DNA of 64,000 nt from Eledone cirrhosa (lineage: Eukaryota), in contig OZ024761.1 of the NCBI GenBank assembly GCA_964016885.1, positions 15,562,001 through 15,626,000 on the forward strand. The letters run 5' to 3'. Both the position numbers and the translations under genes were made by a program. Of this stretch, positions 27,326 through 40,765 are shown in pieces; within the stretch, counting starts at the first letter, position 1; each line of letters begins with the position of its first letter. The notes beneath the pieces are model-generated. The model had not been told where the DNA came from, ran no database searches, and was given only the letters and a program-made list of their open reading frames with translations.

Positions 27326-27396
27326 TATTTTATCTGACGAAAACGCAAATGTCATCGCATGATGATATTTGTTTTTGAAATGCGCATAATAAAATA
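27326..27396 (+). ncRNA. Type I hammerhead, family A copy 2
   Basis: tattttat-CTGACGA-...-GAAA-tgcgca-TA-ataaaata. Position 7 of the core varies (U/C) between copies, a change the HHR consensus tolerates. Confidence 0.8.
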
Positions 27397-27424
27397 CATG
27401 GAACTCTTTTAACCATCTTTTGAT

Positions 27425-27487
<63 letters not shown>

Positions 27488-27492
<5 letters not shown>

Positions 27493-27808
27493 TAAATGGA
27501 AACTATATTTATAAAACCATATTTATTTTATTATACATATTTCAAGGGCAACCAAGGCAAATTATGGTGCCCTTTCATCAGATAAAATACACATTTGTTT
27601 TATAAATAAATATTGACATACCCGGAAAAAAGACAACCTTAACGGTTGGAGCTTCAAATATGTATAATAAAATAAATATGGTTTTATAAATATAGTTTCC
27701 ATTTATTAATATATTGTATATTTACTCCACTAACTTGTCGAGTGCTTTATATCAGTTATAAAAATGTTTAAGCTTGTTGAATCCCAACAAATCAAACATA
27801 ACCTCTGC
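27488..27808. mobile_element. Family B fold-back element (hammerhead 27524-27589 minus)
   Basis: Same family as 26478-26915. Confidence 0.75.
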
Positions 27809-28164
27809 ATATATATATATATTAAAATAACAGATTAAAGTTTAAGCAAAGAATCGCTGCTTTCACCCTTAACGGGATCTCCTGAAACTAAAAAAGTCAA
27901 AAGATTGACTTTTTTAGTTTCAGAAGATCCCGTTAAGGGTGAAAGCAGCGATTCTTTGGTTAAACTTTAATCTGTTATTTTAATAAATATTTGCTCTACG
28001 GTTCTTATATATCTGATATATATTTATCCTTATCGAGCCCTCTTTGGATTTTAGTCTTCAAATTTATTATTATTACTATATATATATATATATATATGAT
28101 ATGTCCCAAGGCTCTGATACCATCAACACTAAAACACAGAGCTGGCATATCTAAGAACTGACTA

Positions 28165-28220
28165 ACTGCCTGATGAGGTCATAGCCATTCAATGGCTATC
28201 ATCAAAATATATATAGCAGT
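28165..28220 (+). ncRNA. Hammerhead with G12->A mutation (likely inactive)
   Basis: actgc-CTGATGA-ggt.atagccatt/aatggctat.atc-aAAA-tatata-TA-gcagt. Confidence 0.6.
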
Positions 28221-28262
28221 AAATAAAGGATTATGAGTTCATGCAATTGACTTATGTTTCGT

Positions 28263-28362
<100 letters not shown>

Positions 28363-28470
28363 TGTGTGTGTGGTGTGTGTGTGGTGTGTGTGTGGTGTGT
28401 GTGTGTGTGGTGTGTGGTGTGTGTGGTGTGTGGTGTGTGGTGTGTGTGTGTGGTGTGTGTGTGCTCTTAC

Positions 28471-28495
<25 letters not shown>

Positions 28496-28502
<7 letters not shown>

Positions 28503-28750
28503 CTAATGGTAGCTAAGATATATGTGTGTGTCTAATGGTAGCTAAGATGCTTCCATAGGTGGTATGCCGGTTGAGCACTCTATGCTCTTACAGAGCAGAG
28601 TATGATAGAATAGAAAACGATTTTTCGTTTTCTATTCTATCATACTCTGCTCTGTAAGAGCATAGAGTGCTCAACCGTCATACCACCTATGGAAGCATCT
28701 TAGCTACCATTAGACACACACATATATCTTAGCTACCATTAGACACACAT
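28496..28750. repeat. Near-perfect ~125-bp-arm palindrome
   Basis: Arms mirror around 28620-28625 with one mismatch noticed. Confidence 0.85.
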
Positions 28751-29027
28751 ATATATATATATGTATATTTATATATATATGTATATATATATTTATGTAT
28801 ATACATACATATATATGTGTGTGTGTGTGAGAGAGAAGGGCGTTCACTCGAGTGAGTGAAGGGCGTTCACTCAGATTCTTAATGTAAATCAACCTCTGTG
28901 GTATTTAATACTCACCCCCTCCCCCACTTCATTATATTGCTGAGTTACGTAATTTTCTTAATTACTGAGTTTATTTCTGGACACACACACTACACCACTT
29001 AAAGGTCCCTCGTGAATATAAACATAT

Positions 29028-29075
<48 letters not shown>

Positions 29076-29235
29076 GTTTATATGTATATATATATATGTG
29101 TGTGTGTGTGTGTATACTAACATGCCACGGGCACTTAACTCTTCATGAAGTCGTAGGGACGTCGTCGTTGCATACGGCGTGTCTTGAGAATTTAAAACCT
29201 GTCGGTGCTCATCACTTTCCAAGTTTGTGTTTATA

Positions 29236-29291
<56 letters not shown>

Positions 29292-29312
29292 CATACGTAT
29301 ATGCGTATATAC

Positions 29313-29347
<35 letters not shown>

Positions 29348-29519
29348 GACATATACACATATATATACACATATGTACATGTATATGCATATATATACAT
29401 ATACACATATATATACACATATGTACATGTATATGCATATATATACATATACACATCTACATATACACATATGTACATGTATATGCATATATATACATAT
29501 ACACATCTACATATACACA

Positions 29520-29563
<44 letters not shown>

Positions 29564-29564
<1 letters not shown>

Positions 29565-30016
29565 GATATTAACAAATGGAAACTATATTTATAAAACCAT
29601 ATTTATTTCATTATACATATTTCAAGGATACCAAGTTAAATTATGGTGTGCTTTCATCAGATAAAATATAATATAGAGCAGTTTTATAAATAAATATTGA
29701 CATACCCTTAAAAAATGCAACCATTACTGTTGGAAGCTCCCGGATAGTGGGAGCTTCCAACAGTAATGGTTGCATTTTTTAAGGGTATGTCAATATTTAT
29801 TTATAAAACTGATCTATATTGTATTTTATCAGATGAAAGCACACCATAATTTAACTTGGTGTCCTTGAAATATGTATAATGAAATAAATATGGTTTTATA
29901 AATATAGTTTCCATTTGTTAATATCGGATTTTTACTCCAAATATTTGTTGAGTGCTTTGTATCAGTTATAAAAATATTTGCTTGTTGTATCCCAACAATT
30001 TAAATAGAACTTTTAC
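29564..30016. mobile_element. Family B fold-back element (HHR 29604-29668 minus; mutated CAGAUGA copy 29822-29886 plus)
   Basis: Same family, palindrome centred near 29745. Confidence 0.8.
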
Positions 30017-30115
30017 ATATATATATATTGTGTGGTTGGTGGTGTGAGTACGGAGTTAATTATTATAATAAAATAACAGGGGGCTGGACTTGTGTAAATC
30101 CTTGAAAGGTTTATT

Positions 30116-30173
30116 ATACTATGATCATTTCAATGACCGGGTTCCGTATGAATCCAGTGATATCATCAGGTAT
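30116..30173 (-). ncRNA. Type I hammerhead ribozyme
   Basis: Reverse complement: atac-CTGATGA-..ctggattc/gaacccgg..-GAAA-tgatca-TA-gtat then aataaa. Confidence 0.7.
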
Positions 30174-30276
30174 TCGAAATATAATAAATGAATGTAACAG
30201 ATAAAATCCATGGGGCTGAAAATCATAGACCATTGGACGACCGACCATCTAGCATCTTCTACTTTAGCCGGTCGCC

Positions 30277-30318
<42 letters not shown>

Positions 30319-30824
30319 AATTTATGAAAACAATGAAATAAACACCAAGAACAAGTTCGTTATATTAATTTTTAATATAACGAATTTGTTCTTTGTGTTT
30401 ATTTCATTGTTTTCATGAATTTATCTTGACTCTGTTTTCCTATGATTTTTATCGTAAATTTTTTAATGCATCTTCTCTTTTTATGATATCTTCTATATTT
30501 GGATTACATTGAGTTCTTCATACGGATTGGACACTACCGTATATTTTGGTAGATTTATCTATATATATATGTATGTCCATCTCTTAAAAATATATATATA
30601 TATTTTAAATATAGAAATGGCTTCAACAGGGCTAGAACTGTTTCATTTGAAGGAAATCATCATACACACACATATATATATATACACTTACATATATATA
30701 TGTGTGTGTGTGTGTGTGTATATATATATTTGTGAGTATGTATATTTATATATAGTGTGTATGTGTATCTCTCTATATATATTATATATATATATATGTG
30801 TTTGTATATATAGTGTGTGTTTGT

Positions 30825-30858
<34 letters not shown>

Positions 30859-30904
30859 TGTGTGTGTGTGTGTTTAATTCTCTTCATTGTAATATATCCG
30901 ATGA

Positions 30905-33900
30905 ATGATGAGGTCAAGGGCGGAAACCCATCTGTTCACCCAACATACACCACCACCACAAATATCTCCAGCACCCCTCACCACCCCAAACATTTTCACC
31001 ACCACCACCCCAAACACCTTCACCACCACTACATATATCACCACCGCCACTACTCCAAACATCATCAGCCCCACCACCACCATCACCACCACCTCCATAA
31101 ATATCACCACCACCACCACCCCAAACATCACCACCACAAATATCTCCACCTCCACCATCACCACCACAAATATCACCACCACCACTACTCCAAACATCAT
31201 CACCAACACCACCACCCCAAACATCACCACCACCACCACCACCCCAAACATCACCACCACAAATATCTCCACCTCCACCATCACCACCACAAATATCACC
31301 ACCACCACTACTCCAAACATCATCACCAACACCACCACCCCAAACATCATCACCAACACCACCAACCCAAACATCATCACCTCCTCCACCACCACCACCA
31401 CCACCAAATTATTAACTTGATGTTGATAGGTCAATGACGAAGTAATTATCCCCCACCCCCCACCCCACCCGACCAGCAAAAAAAAGAAATGACCGAATCA
31501 CGTGACTGACACTCGTTAACCTTCAAACATTTCACTAACATAACAAACAAATCACCTAACGCCACCACCACCACTAACATCGTCAACAACACCACTAACA
31601 TCAACAACACCACCACCACCACCACTAATATCAACAACAACACCACCACCACTAACATCAACAACACCACCACCACCACTAACATCAACAACAACACCAC
31701 CACCACTAACAACAACACCACTAACATCAATAACAACACCACCACCACCATCAATAACAACAACAACACCACCACCACTAACAACAACACCACCACCACC
31801 ATCAATAACAACAACACCACCACCACTAACATCAATAACAACAACACCACCACCACCATCAATAACAACAACACCACCACCACCACTAACATCATTAACA
31901 ACAACACCACCACCACTAACATCAACAACACCACCACCTCCACTAACAGCAGCACTAACAACAACAACACTAACAACAACACTAACATAAACCACCACCA
32001 ACATCAACAACAACACCACTACTATCACCACCACTAACATAAACAACACACCAACACCACCACCACCACCACTAACACCACCAACAACAATAACCAACAA
32101 AAACAGCTACCACCACCACCACTAACACCACCACAACTACTAACAACAACAACAACAGCAACAACAACCACTAGTTATGAAAGATTATAATAAATACTCA
32201 AACCACATTATTTTTTATAAAACAATAATAATATTTGTTTTTACTTTTGGCACAAGGCCATCAATTTTCCCAGTGCATTACTCGTACTTTATTTTATCGA
32301 CCCCGTAAGGATGAAAGGCATAGTTAACCTCGGCAGGATTTGAACTCAGAACGTAAAGGGGCGTAACTCTATGCCGCAAAGCAGGGTATCCGACGCTCTA
32401 CCGATTCTGCCAATCCACTGCCCTTGATTTAGACACAAGGCCAACAATTTTATGAGACGTATAAGTCAATTAAATCGACACCAGTGCGTGACTGGTACTT
32501 TATTTTATCAACCCCGTAAGGATGAAAGGCAAAGCAAACTTCGGCGGGATTTGAACACAAAATGTAAAGGGAGGTAACTAATAATAATTGTTTCTACTTT
32601 TGGCACAAGGCCAGCAAATCACCCAGTGCATTACTGGTACTTTATTTTATCGACTCCGTAAGGATGTAAGGCAAAGTTAACCTCGGCGGGATTTGAACTC
32701 AGATCGTAAAGGGAAGTAACTATGCTAGAAAGCATAATAATTGTATCTACTTTAGGCACAAGGCCAGCAACTACCCAGTGCCTCACTGGTACTTTATTTT
32801 ATCGACCCCGTAAGGATGAAAGGCAAAGCATAATAATGGCTTCTTTATTAGCCAGACATGACTGACATTAAGAAGACAATAGGGACTGCACTGGACGATA
32901 CGGTGTGGGGTTTTTTTGTGTGTAAAAATAACAAAACAAAATAGAGAAGGATTGATGAGGGTGGTGTAGTGGAGGTGTCGGGCGAATTCCTTTACTCCTG
33001 TGACAGCCAAGAGAATAAAAATTCAAATGAATCACTGGAATAGACAGAAATCTTTGTTGACAAGAGCGATTAACCAGTAACCTTATGTCTACTACTACTA
33101 CTACCACTACTACTACCACTACTACTACATCTACTAGCATTACTACTACTACTACCACCACATCTACCACTACATCTGCTACCACCACTAACACATCTAC
33201 TATTGCCACCACTAATACTACTACCACATCTACAAAGACTCCTACTTCTACTAATACCACTACCACATCTACCACTACTACTACTGCCACTATTACTTCT
33301 ACTACTACTACTACACTACTAATACCACTACCACATCTACTACTACTGCCACTACCACATCTACTACTACTGCCACTACTACTACTACTAATAATAATAA
33401 TAATAATAATAATACCACTACCATATCTACTACTACTACTACAACCATCACCGTTACTACTATTCCTTATCAAATATCGCTTCCTCATCAATACCCCCCC
33501 CCCCTCATCACTACCACCACCACCCAATCACTACTAGCCTCACGTCATATCCTATATCGTTTTACTGCATGTCAACCACCACCACTACCAACACCATCAC
33601 CTCCACCACCATTACCACCACCACCATACCATTATCACCAGCATCACCACACTACCATCACCACTATCACCACCACCACCACACTATCACCACCACCACA
33701 CCATCGCCATCACCACACCACTATTACCACGAAACGATCACTACCATCACCACCATCACCACTACCTTCACCACACCACCACCACCACTACCATCACTAC
33801 CACCACCACCACTATCACCACTACCGCTATCACCTCCACCACTATTACCACCGCCAAACCATCACCACACCACACCACCATCACAACCCCCACAACCACT

Positions 33901-34985
33901 ACCACCAAACCACCACCACACCACCATCACCACCATAATAACCACCACCACCACCAACATCACCAACATCACCACCACCAACACAACCACCATCATAATC
34001 ACCACCAACACAACCACTACCACCACTACCACCATCACCACTATTATAACCACCACCATCACAACCACCACCACCACCACACATTATCACCACTATCATC
34101 ACACCACCACACCACTATCACTACCACCACTATCACCCCTACCAAACCCTCACCACACCAGCATCGCAACCACCACCAAACCACCACCACACCAACATCA
34201 TCACAACCACCAATACCACCACCAATACCATCACCACCACTACCATCTCCACCACAACCACTACCATCACCACCACACCACCATCACCACCACAAGCACT
34301 ACCACACCACCACCACTACCATCACCACCACTACCATCACCGCCACAACCACTACCATCACCACCACACCACCACCACTACCATCACCACCATCACCACC
34401 ACACCACCACCACTACCATCACAACCACTACCACCACCACCACAACCATTACCATCACCACCACACCACCACCACTACCATCACCACCACCACCACACCA
34501 CTACCATCACCACTCCCATCTCCACCACTACCATCACCATCACCACCACACCACCACCACTACCATCACCACCATCACCACCAATACCATCACCACTACC
34601 ATCTCCACCACTACCATCACCACCACACCACCACCACTACCATCACCACCATCACCACCAATACCATCACCACTACCATCACCACCACACCATCACCACC
34701 ACTACCATCACCACCAGTACCATCACCACCACTACCATCACCACCACACCACCACCACTACCATCACAACCACTACCATCACAACCACTACCATCACCAC
34801 TACCATCACCACCACCACACCACTACCATCTCCACCACTACCATCACCATCACCACCACACCACCACCACTACCATCACCACCATCACCACCACCACCAC
34901 TACCATCACCACTACCATCTCCACCACTACCATCACCACCACACCACCACACCACCACCACTACCATCACCACCCCTACAACAAC
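30905..34985. repeat. (CAC/CAA/CTA)n trinucleotide-derived low-complexity region with a SINE cluster at 32240-32830
   Basis: Direct reading. Poly-T/H/V ORFs are artefacts. Confidence 0.85.
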
Positions 34986-35282
34986 ACAAATCTGTATAAA
35001 ATGTCAACTACAACTTTTCTGTCAAAGGTTGAATTAATTCTGCCCTGCCAACCCTCCCATCCCGGTATCTTACCACACCATCCTCTTGCCCCTATCTTTG
35101 TTGGGGATAAGGGTCATAAATGGACTGGGTACCACCCACAATACTTCCCTCGTGTGTATGACCCGCGAATACCCATTTATTTTATTTTCTGGGGGTTTAT
35201 ACACCCTGGTGTTAGGTTATTTACTGTAGTCAAAAGTACGGCGAAAGTTTTTAATTCAAGTTTATATATAGAGAGAGTGAGA

Positions 35283-35768
35283 GAAATATTAAAACAATGA
35301 AATTAAGCAAAAAACGCTTAATTCATAGTAAAACTCATTATTTTACGATCGTTTCTGGGGGGTAATTCCCCGTATGCCCATTCTATTATTGATCTGTAAA
35401 ATATATTACAAAATATCATAGTAAGACAATATACATACGTCTTCACTACCCGCCGTCTTATTTCTGAAGACGTATGTATATTGTCTTACTATGATATTTT
35501 GTAATATATTTTACATAGATCAATAATTGAATGGACATACGGGGAACCCCCCCCCCCCCCGAAACGATTGTAAAATAATGAATTTTACTATGAATTAAGC
35601 GTTTTTTGCTTAATTTCTTTGTTTTAATATTTCTATTTTTGACTCTGTATCCAATGAATTATATCGTTGAAAATTTTGTATTTTAAACTTTGATTCACGA
35701 CATCTACATACGGATTACATTGAGTTCTTCATACGGTTTAGACCCTACCATTAATTGGTGGATTTATC

Positions 35769-35770
<2 letters not shown>
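35283..35770. mobile_element. Family E fold-back with long-stem-II hammerhead (35458-35578 plus)
   Basis: ttattt-CTGAAGA-~90 nt-GAAA-cgat(t/c)g-TA-aaataa. The mirrored arm 35283-35445 keeps the palindromic cgatcg. Confidence 0.65.
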
Positions 35771-35828
<58 letters not shown>

Positions 35829-36229
35829 TAATTGAATATAAAAGAAAAACGAACACACATATATAGATATATGTGTTCAAATCGTAAGGGACCAGATTCG
35901 CTAAGGTGAAAAGAATACTAACTATAGACAATAGGGTTTGCCTGTCTCAATTTAAGAATTATTGTAAGAGACTATTTTGAGTTCCTAACTCAAAATATAC
36001 CTTTGATTTGTACAACAATGTTTTTAGATATTATACACCCGGCATATCGACATTTTAGGTTTATATTTTGTTAAAGGGACTTTTTATGAAACAGATTCAC
36101 GTTGACAAACAGTTTGTTCAAGAATATCGAAATGTCTATTATACAGTTTTTTAAACATGAAAACTATCTAAAGAAAAAAAAAGAATAAACGAGAATGAAA
36201 AACTATCTAAAGAGTAAAAAAAGAATCAA

Positions 36230-36620
36230 CGAGAGTGAAGTGTACTTTCGTCTTTAAACACGGCTTGTAACGATGAGAACGAGGTTGGTTTTCATGTGCA
36301 TTACTATAAAGTCATGGAACAAAGTAGGCTTTCATTTTTAACCCTATAAAGACGAAAGGACAAAGCTTGCATTCGTTTTTAACGTTATAAAGATGAGACA
36401 GCAAAACTTCCTTCCGTTTTTAACGGGAAACACGGAAAAACAAGGCTTGGTTTCATTTTTAACACTACAAAGGCGAGAAAACAATGCTTAGTCACATCTT
36501 CAGCATTAGAAAAACGAAAAAAGAAGATTAGACTTGCTTTCGTCTTCGGCATTATAAAGACAAAGGGACAGTGTTTGTTTCCATTTCATTGGCATAAAAA
36601 CAAAAACGAGGCCCATTTAT
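36230..36620. repeat. Degenerate ~60-bp tandem repeat
   Basis: Recurring ..ttttaac..tataaaga..aa..caaa..ctt pattern on consecutive 60-nt lines. Confidence 0.5.
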
Positions 36621-37678
36621 TCCTTCATCAAACTTCTTCATCAAACTACTCTTCCCAAACCCAGCCACTAAGAGACAGTCTGAAAAGTACGTATGGACCC
36701 GAAACACCTGACGGAGCCCGTCCTCTCTATAGGTCGGAATATAACCGATTTTTTCCAGAGAGAGAGTAGGAATCGATCCCAGTACTGGGATGAAGGATAA
36801 AGTTCGTCTCGGCGGGATTTGAACTCAGAGAACCCACACAGCAGGAAAACAACATAAGTACATCTACAGTCTCTCATCCGAGCCTACAAGGGACCACACT
36901 CTCTAAGTGATCACACTATCTGCTAGAAATAGAAGCCAAATCTCCCTCAAATCATTCACCGCCGCCGCCGATCGCCCCTCTCCACCCAACAAGACTTGGA
37001 TGAAAGAAAGGCTTGCCTCTTCTCTGCTCTGCCAATGTCCCAATTAGATAACAATATAGACATGCAATGTTTAATTATTGTTTGTTTGTTTGTTTGGTTG
37101 GTTGTGTCGTTGGGTTTTGGTTTCTCTTTCTCTCTATTGCTGAGAACAATCAGACAATAGACTCCCATACGATAAGTAATTTACTTCAAAATACATTTTA
37201 CTCTTATTGTTCGGTTGTATATTCACACTAGTTCCGTCACCTCTACCCTTCCTTCTCTGATAACTACTACACATTTTTTTTTTTTTTATATTTGTTATCA
37301 GCCCGAATGTTTGTCTCTTTAGGGTCAAACTAGTTAACGGGATTGTGTGTGACCCTTAAGGAGTTTTTGTTTTGTTTTGTTGTTTTTTTATAAACAAATA
37401 TATATTTTTCTCATGGGACTTTTGGCAGAGATAACGATGCGATCTGCATCACAAGCAGAAATGTCTTCTTGATTTCTAAAAATGGAGTCAAGCTGTAGAG
37501 TGGTGAAATAAAAGAGTGGAGTCGTTATTTATTTTAAAATAAAAATGCTGTGTCTAGTCAGGAGGGGCTAGGGGTTAGAGTGTTGGGCTCATGATCACAA
37601 GGTTACGAGTTCGATTATTGTCTTGTACTCTGGTACTTTATTTTATCGACCCAGTAAGGAAGAAAGGCATCTATATCA

Positions 37679-37719
<41 letters not shown>

Positions 37720-37802
37720 CAAAAAATAAAGGGAAACAACAAAGCAAACAATTCAGTACAATGAAGAAATATATTAATTTAGCCCTTGATATAGTAGGAA
37801 AA

Positions 37803-37843
37803 TAGCCTTTACGTTTCGGACACTAGTTCTTCATCAGAAGATA
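37803..37843 (-). ncRNA. Minimal type I hammerhead
   Basis: Reverse complement: ctt-CTGATGA-agaac-tagt-gtcc-GAAAC-GTA-aag. Confidence 0.6.
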
Positions 37844-38981
37844 GATTGAAAAATAAAAGATGAAATAGAAAGATATAGAGTTATAAAACGATTTTAAGGG
37901 TTTAGAAAAAAAACGATTTTAAAGGTCAAAAAACGATTTTAAAGACAAAAAACGATGAAGGGGGGGTTAACGGGTGGGGGCGATTTTAAGGGGTGGGGAA
38001 ACGATTTTAAGGAGAAAAAAAAACAATTTTAAGGGGGGAAAACGATTTTAAGGAGAAATAAAAACGATTTCAAGGGGACAAAGACGATTTTAAGGAAAAA
38101 GAAACACGTTTGTATTCAGTCAGCCATTTTGGAGAAAATATATATTCACACACAGAGTCAAAATTCTATAAATGTAGCAGAAAAAAACAAGGGCAAGGAA
38201 AGCCAATACGGTAATTCAGCTTGTTGCTTCCATGTTGTAAATTTGTTTTATTAATTGGTCAAATAAATGAGAGAGGGGTGTAGGGGTGAAGACTGGGAGC
38301 AGGGCCTCTTTGACTGACCTTTGTAGATGAAGAGGAGGGCTGGTGGTCTTGGGTTGATGAAATCGATGCCGTTGATGTTTCGGAGCTGAACTTCTCTCAG
38401 GATGACGTCAACAGAAGGGGGTAGAGGGGGTGGGAGGGGCAGGGCAGGAATGAAAAGAAAAAAGAAAAAAAACATGGCTGGAAAACAGATAATTTCATTG
38501 GGTGGGTAGGAGAGAAAGGGGGGAATGTGGAAAAGGATGGGTGAGAGGAGCAAGATGAGGGAAGGAGAAGGAGGAGAAAGATGAGGAGGGGGTAGAAAGA
38601 TAAGGCGGAGGAGGAGGGGAAAAGATAAGGGAGATAAGGGGGAGGGGGAAAGATGAGGTGTGGGGGGGGATCAGTAAGAGGAAGTGGAAAAGAATTAAGA
38701 AGATAAGGAGAATAAGGGAGAAGATAAGGAGAATAAGGGAGGAAGATAAGGAGAATAAGGGAGGAAGATAAGGATGAGGGGTGGTTTGAGGGAATCATAT
38801 ATGAGAGGATCAAGAGAAAAAGGGGGTGGGGTGAAGGAGGGGTGATTAACAGTTGTTATGACGACTGGAGAAGAGAAGAGTTGTTGTTATTGTTTGAAGT
38901 TTAGCTCCCTATCCCTCATCCAGATCAATCCCAGACATTGATTGAACGAACAAGGTCAAGGGCATTCCAGCCATGACTAGC

Positions 38982-39012
<31 letters not shown>

Positions 39013-39342
39013 CCCCACACACACCTCTTCCTGAACATGCAACCCCGTTCTTCCCCCAACTCTTACTTTCACATACACACACACACACACGTACACCTAC
39101 ACACACACACCACCTTCAGCCCTCCCCGCTCGGACACCCCGCCTCCCTCTCCCCACTCCACCCGCCACCACCCCTACACGCCCCACACCCTTCCACCACC
39201 TGTTTTACTTCATGTTTATTTTTATTTTTATTATGCTTTTATATTTAATTTCATTTGTACCGTTTCCTCTCACCCCCTTTTTTCTATATGTCTCTCCACC
39301 ACTCCCCTACACACCCTTGGAACTCTCTTCCCACACACTTTT

Positions 39343-39376
39343 CACCTGAAGAAGGGCTTATGCCCGAAACGTCGTG
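39343..39376 (+). ncRNA. Minimal type I hammerhead in a C-rich putative Penelope 3' end (about 39100-39462)
   Basis: cac-CTGAAGA-a-gggc-ttat-gccc-GAAAC-GTC-gtg, followed by aataaa and (TA)n. Confidence 0.7.
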
Positions 39377-39532
39377 CCCCACCACGACCCCACTCTCAAG
39401 AGCGTGAAACTAATAAACCTTTGTTCGTACTGCCTCTGTTTTGTTCCCGTTCAATTTTTTACTATATATATATATATATATATATATCCATGTATGCGTG
39501 TGTGTGTGTATATATGTATGCGTGTGTGTGTG

Positions 39533-39564
<32 letters not shown>

Positions 39565-39674
39565 TGTGTGTGTATATATATATATATATATGTGTGTGTG
39601 TATATATATATATATGTATGTGTGTGTATATATATGTGTGTGTGTGTATATATATATATATGTATGTGTGTGTG

Positions 39675-39712
<38 letters not shown>

Positions 39713-39828
39713 TGTACGTGTGTGTGTGTATATATATATATGTATGTGTGTGTGTATATATATATATGTGTGTGTGTGTATATATATATGTGTGTGTGTG
39801 TATATATATATATATGTATGTGTGTGTG

Positions 39829-39866
<38 letters not shown>

Positions 39867-40361
39867 TATGTGTGTATGTATATATATATATATGTGTGTG
39901 TGTGGGTGAGTATGAATATATATATAGATGGTCAGTGCTGGATCATAAGGTCTTAAACATCTACAACAACAATAGCAACAGCAACAACAACAACAGCAAC
40001 AACAACAATACCACCACCAACAACAACAACACCAACAGCACCAACAATACCAACAATAACACCACCACCAACAACAACAACCGCACCACCAACAACAACA
40101 CCATCACCAACAACACCAACAACAACAACAATACCACCACCAACAATAACACCAACAACAAAAACACCAACACCAACAACAACAACAACAACACCAACAA
40201 TACCACCACTACCACCAACATTAATAAGCACAACAAAAGCATTGAGTTGAAAATTCACTACGGGTGACAAGAAAAATATGAGTTTCTTGACAACAAACAA
40301 GAAGGCCGTTGCCTCGGTGATCACATTTTCTAGGAGTGTGATAAATGTGGTTATTTATTAG

Positions 40362-40417
<56 letters not shown>

Positions 40418-40420
<3 letters not shown>

Positions 40421-40693
40421 GAAGTTATATTTAATTTGTTGGGATTCCAACAAGCTTAAAAGTTTATAACTGATATAAAGCACTCAACAGTAACTGCGCT
40501 TTCATCAGATAAAATACAAGATTTGTTTTATAAATATTGACATAACCGTCAAGGTTGTTTTTCCACGGTTATGTCAATATTTATAAAACAAATCTTGTAT
40601 TTTATCTGATGAAAGCGTATCAAGATTGCCTTGATTGCCCTTGAAATATATATAATAAAATAATTATGGTTTTATAAATATAGTTTCCATTTA

Positions 40694-40697
<4 letters not shown>
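40418..40697. mobile_element. Family B fold-back element (HHR 40598-40662 plus)
   Basis: tattttat-CTGATGA-...-GAAA-tatata-TA-ataaaata. Confidence 0.75.
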
Positions 40698-40744
<47 letters not shown>

Positions 40745-40765
40745 TATTAATAAATGGAAACTATA

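Noticed and set aside
38370-38415. Minus-strand HHR-like motif (ctgagaga..ctcc-GAAA-catc)
   Set aside because: Core spacing and stem I are not canonical; at best a decayed PLE end.
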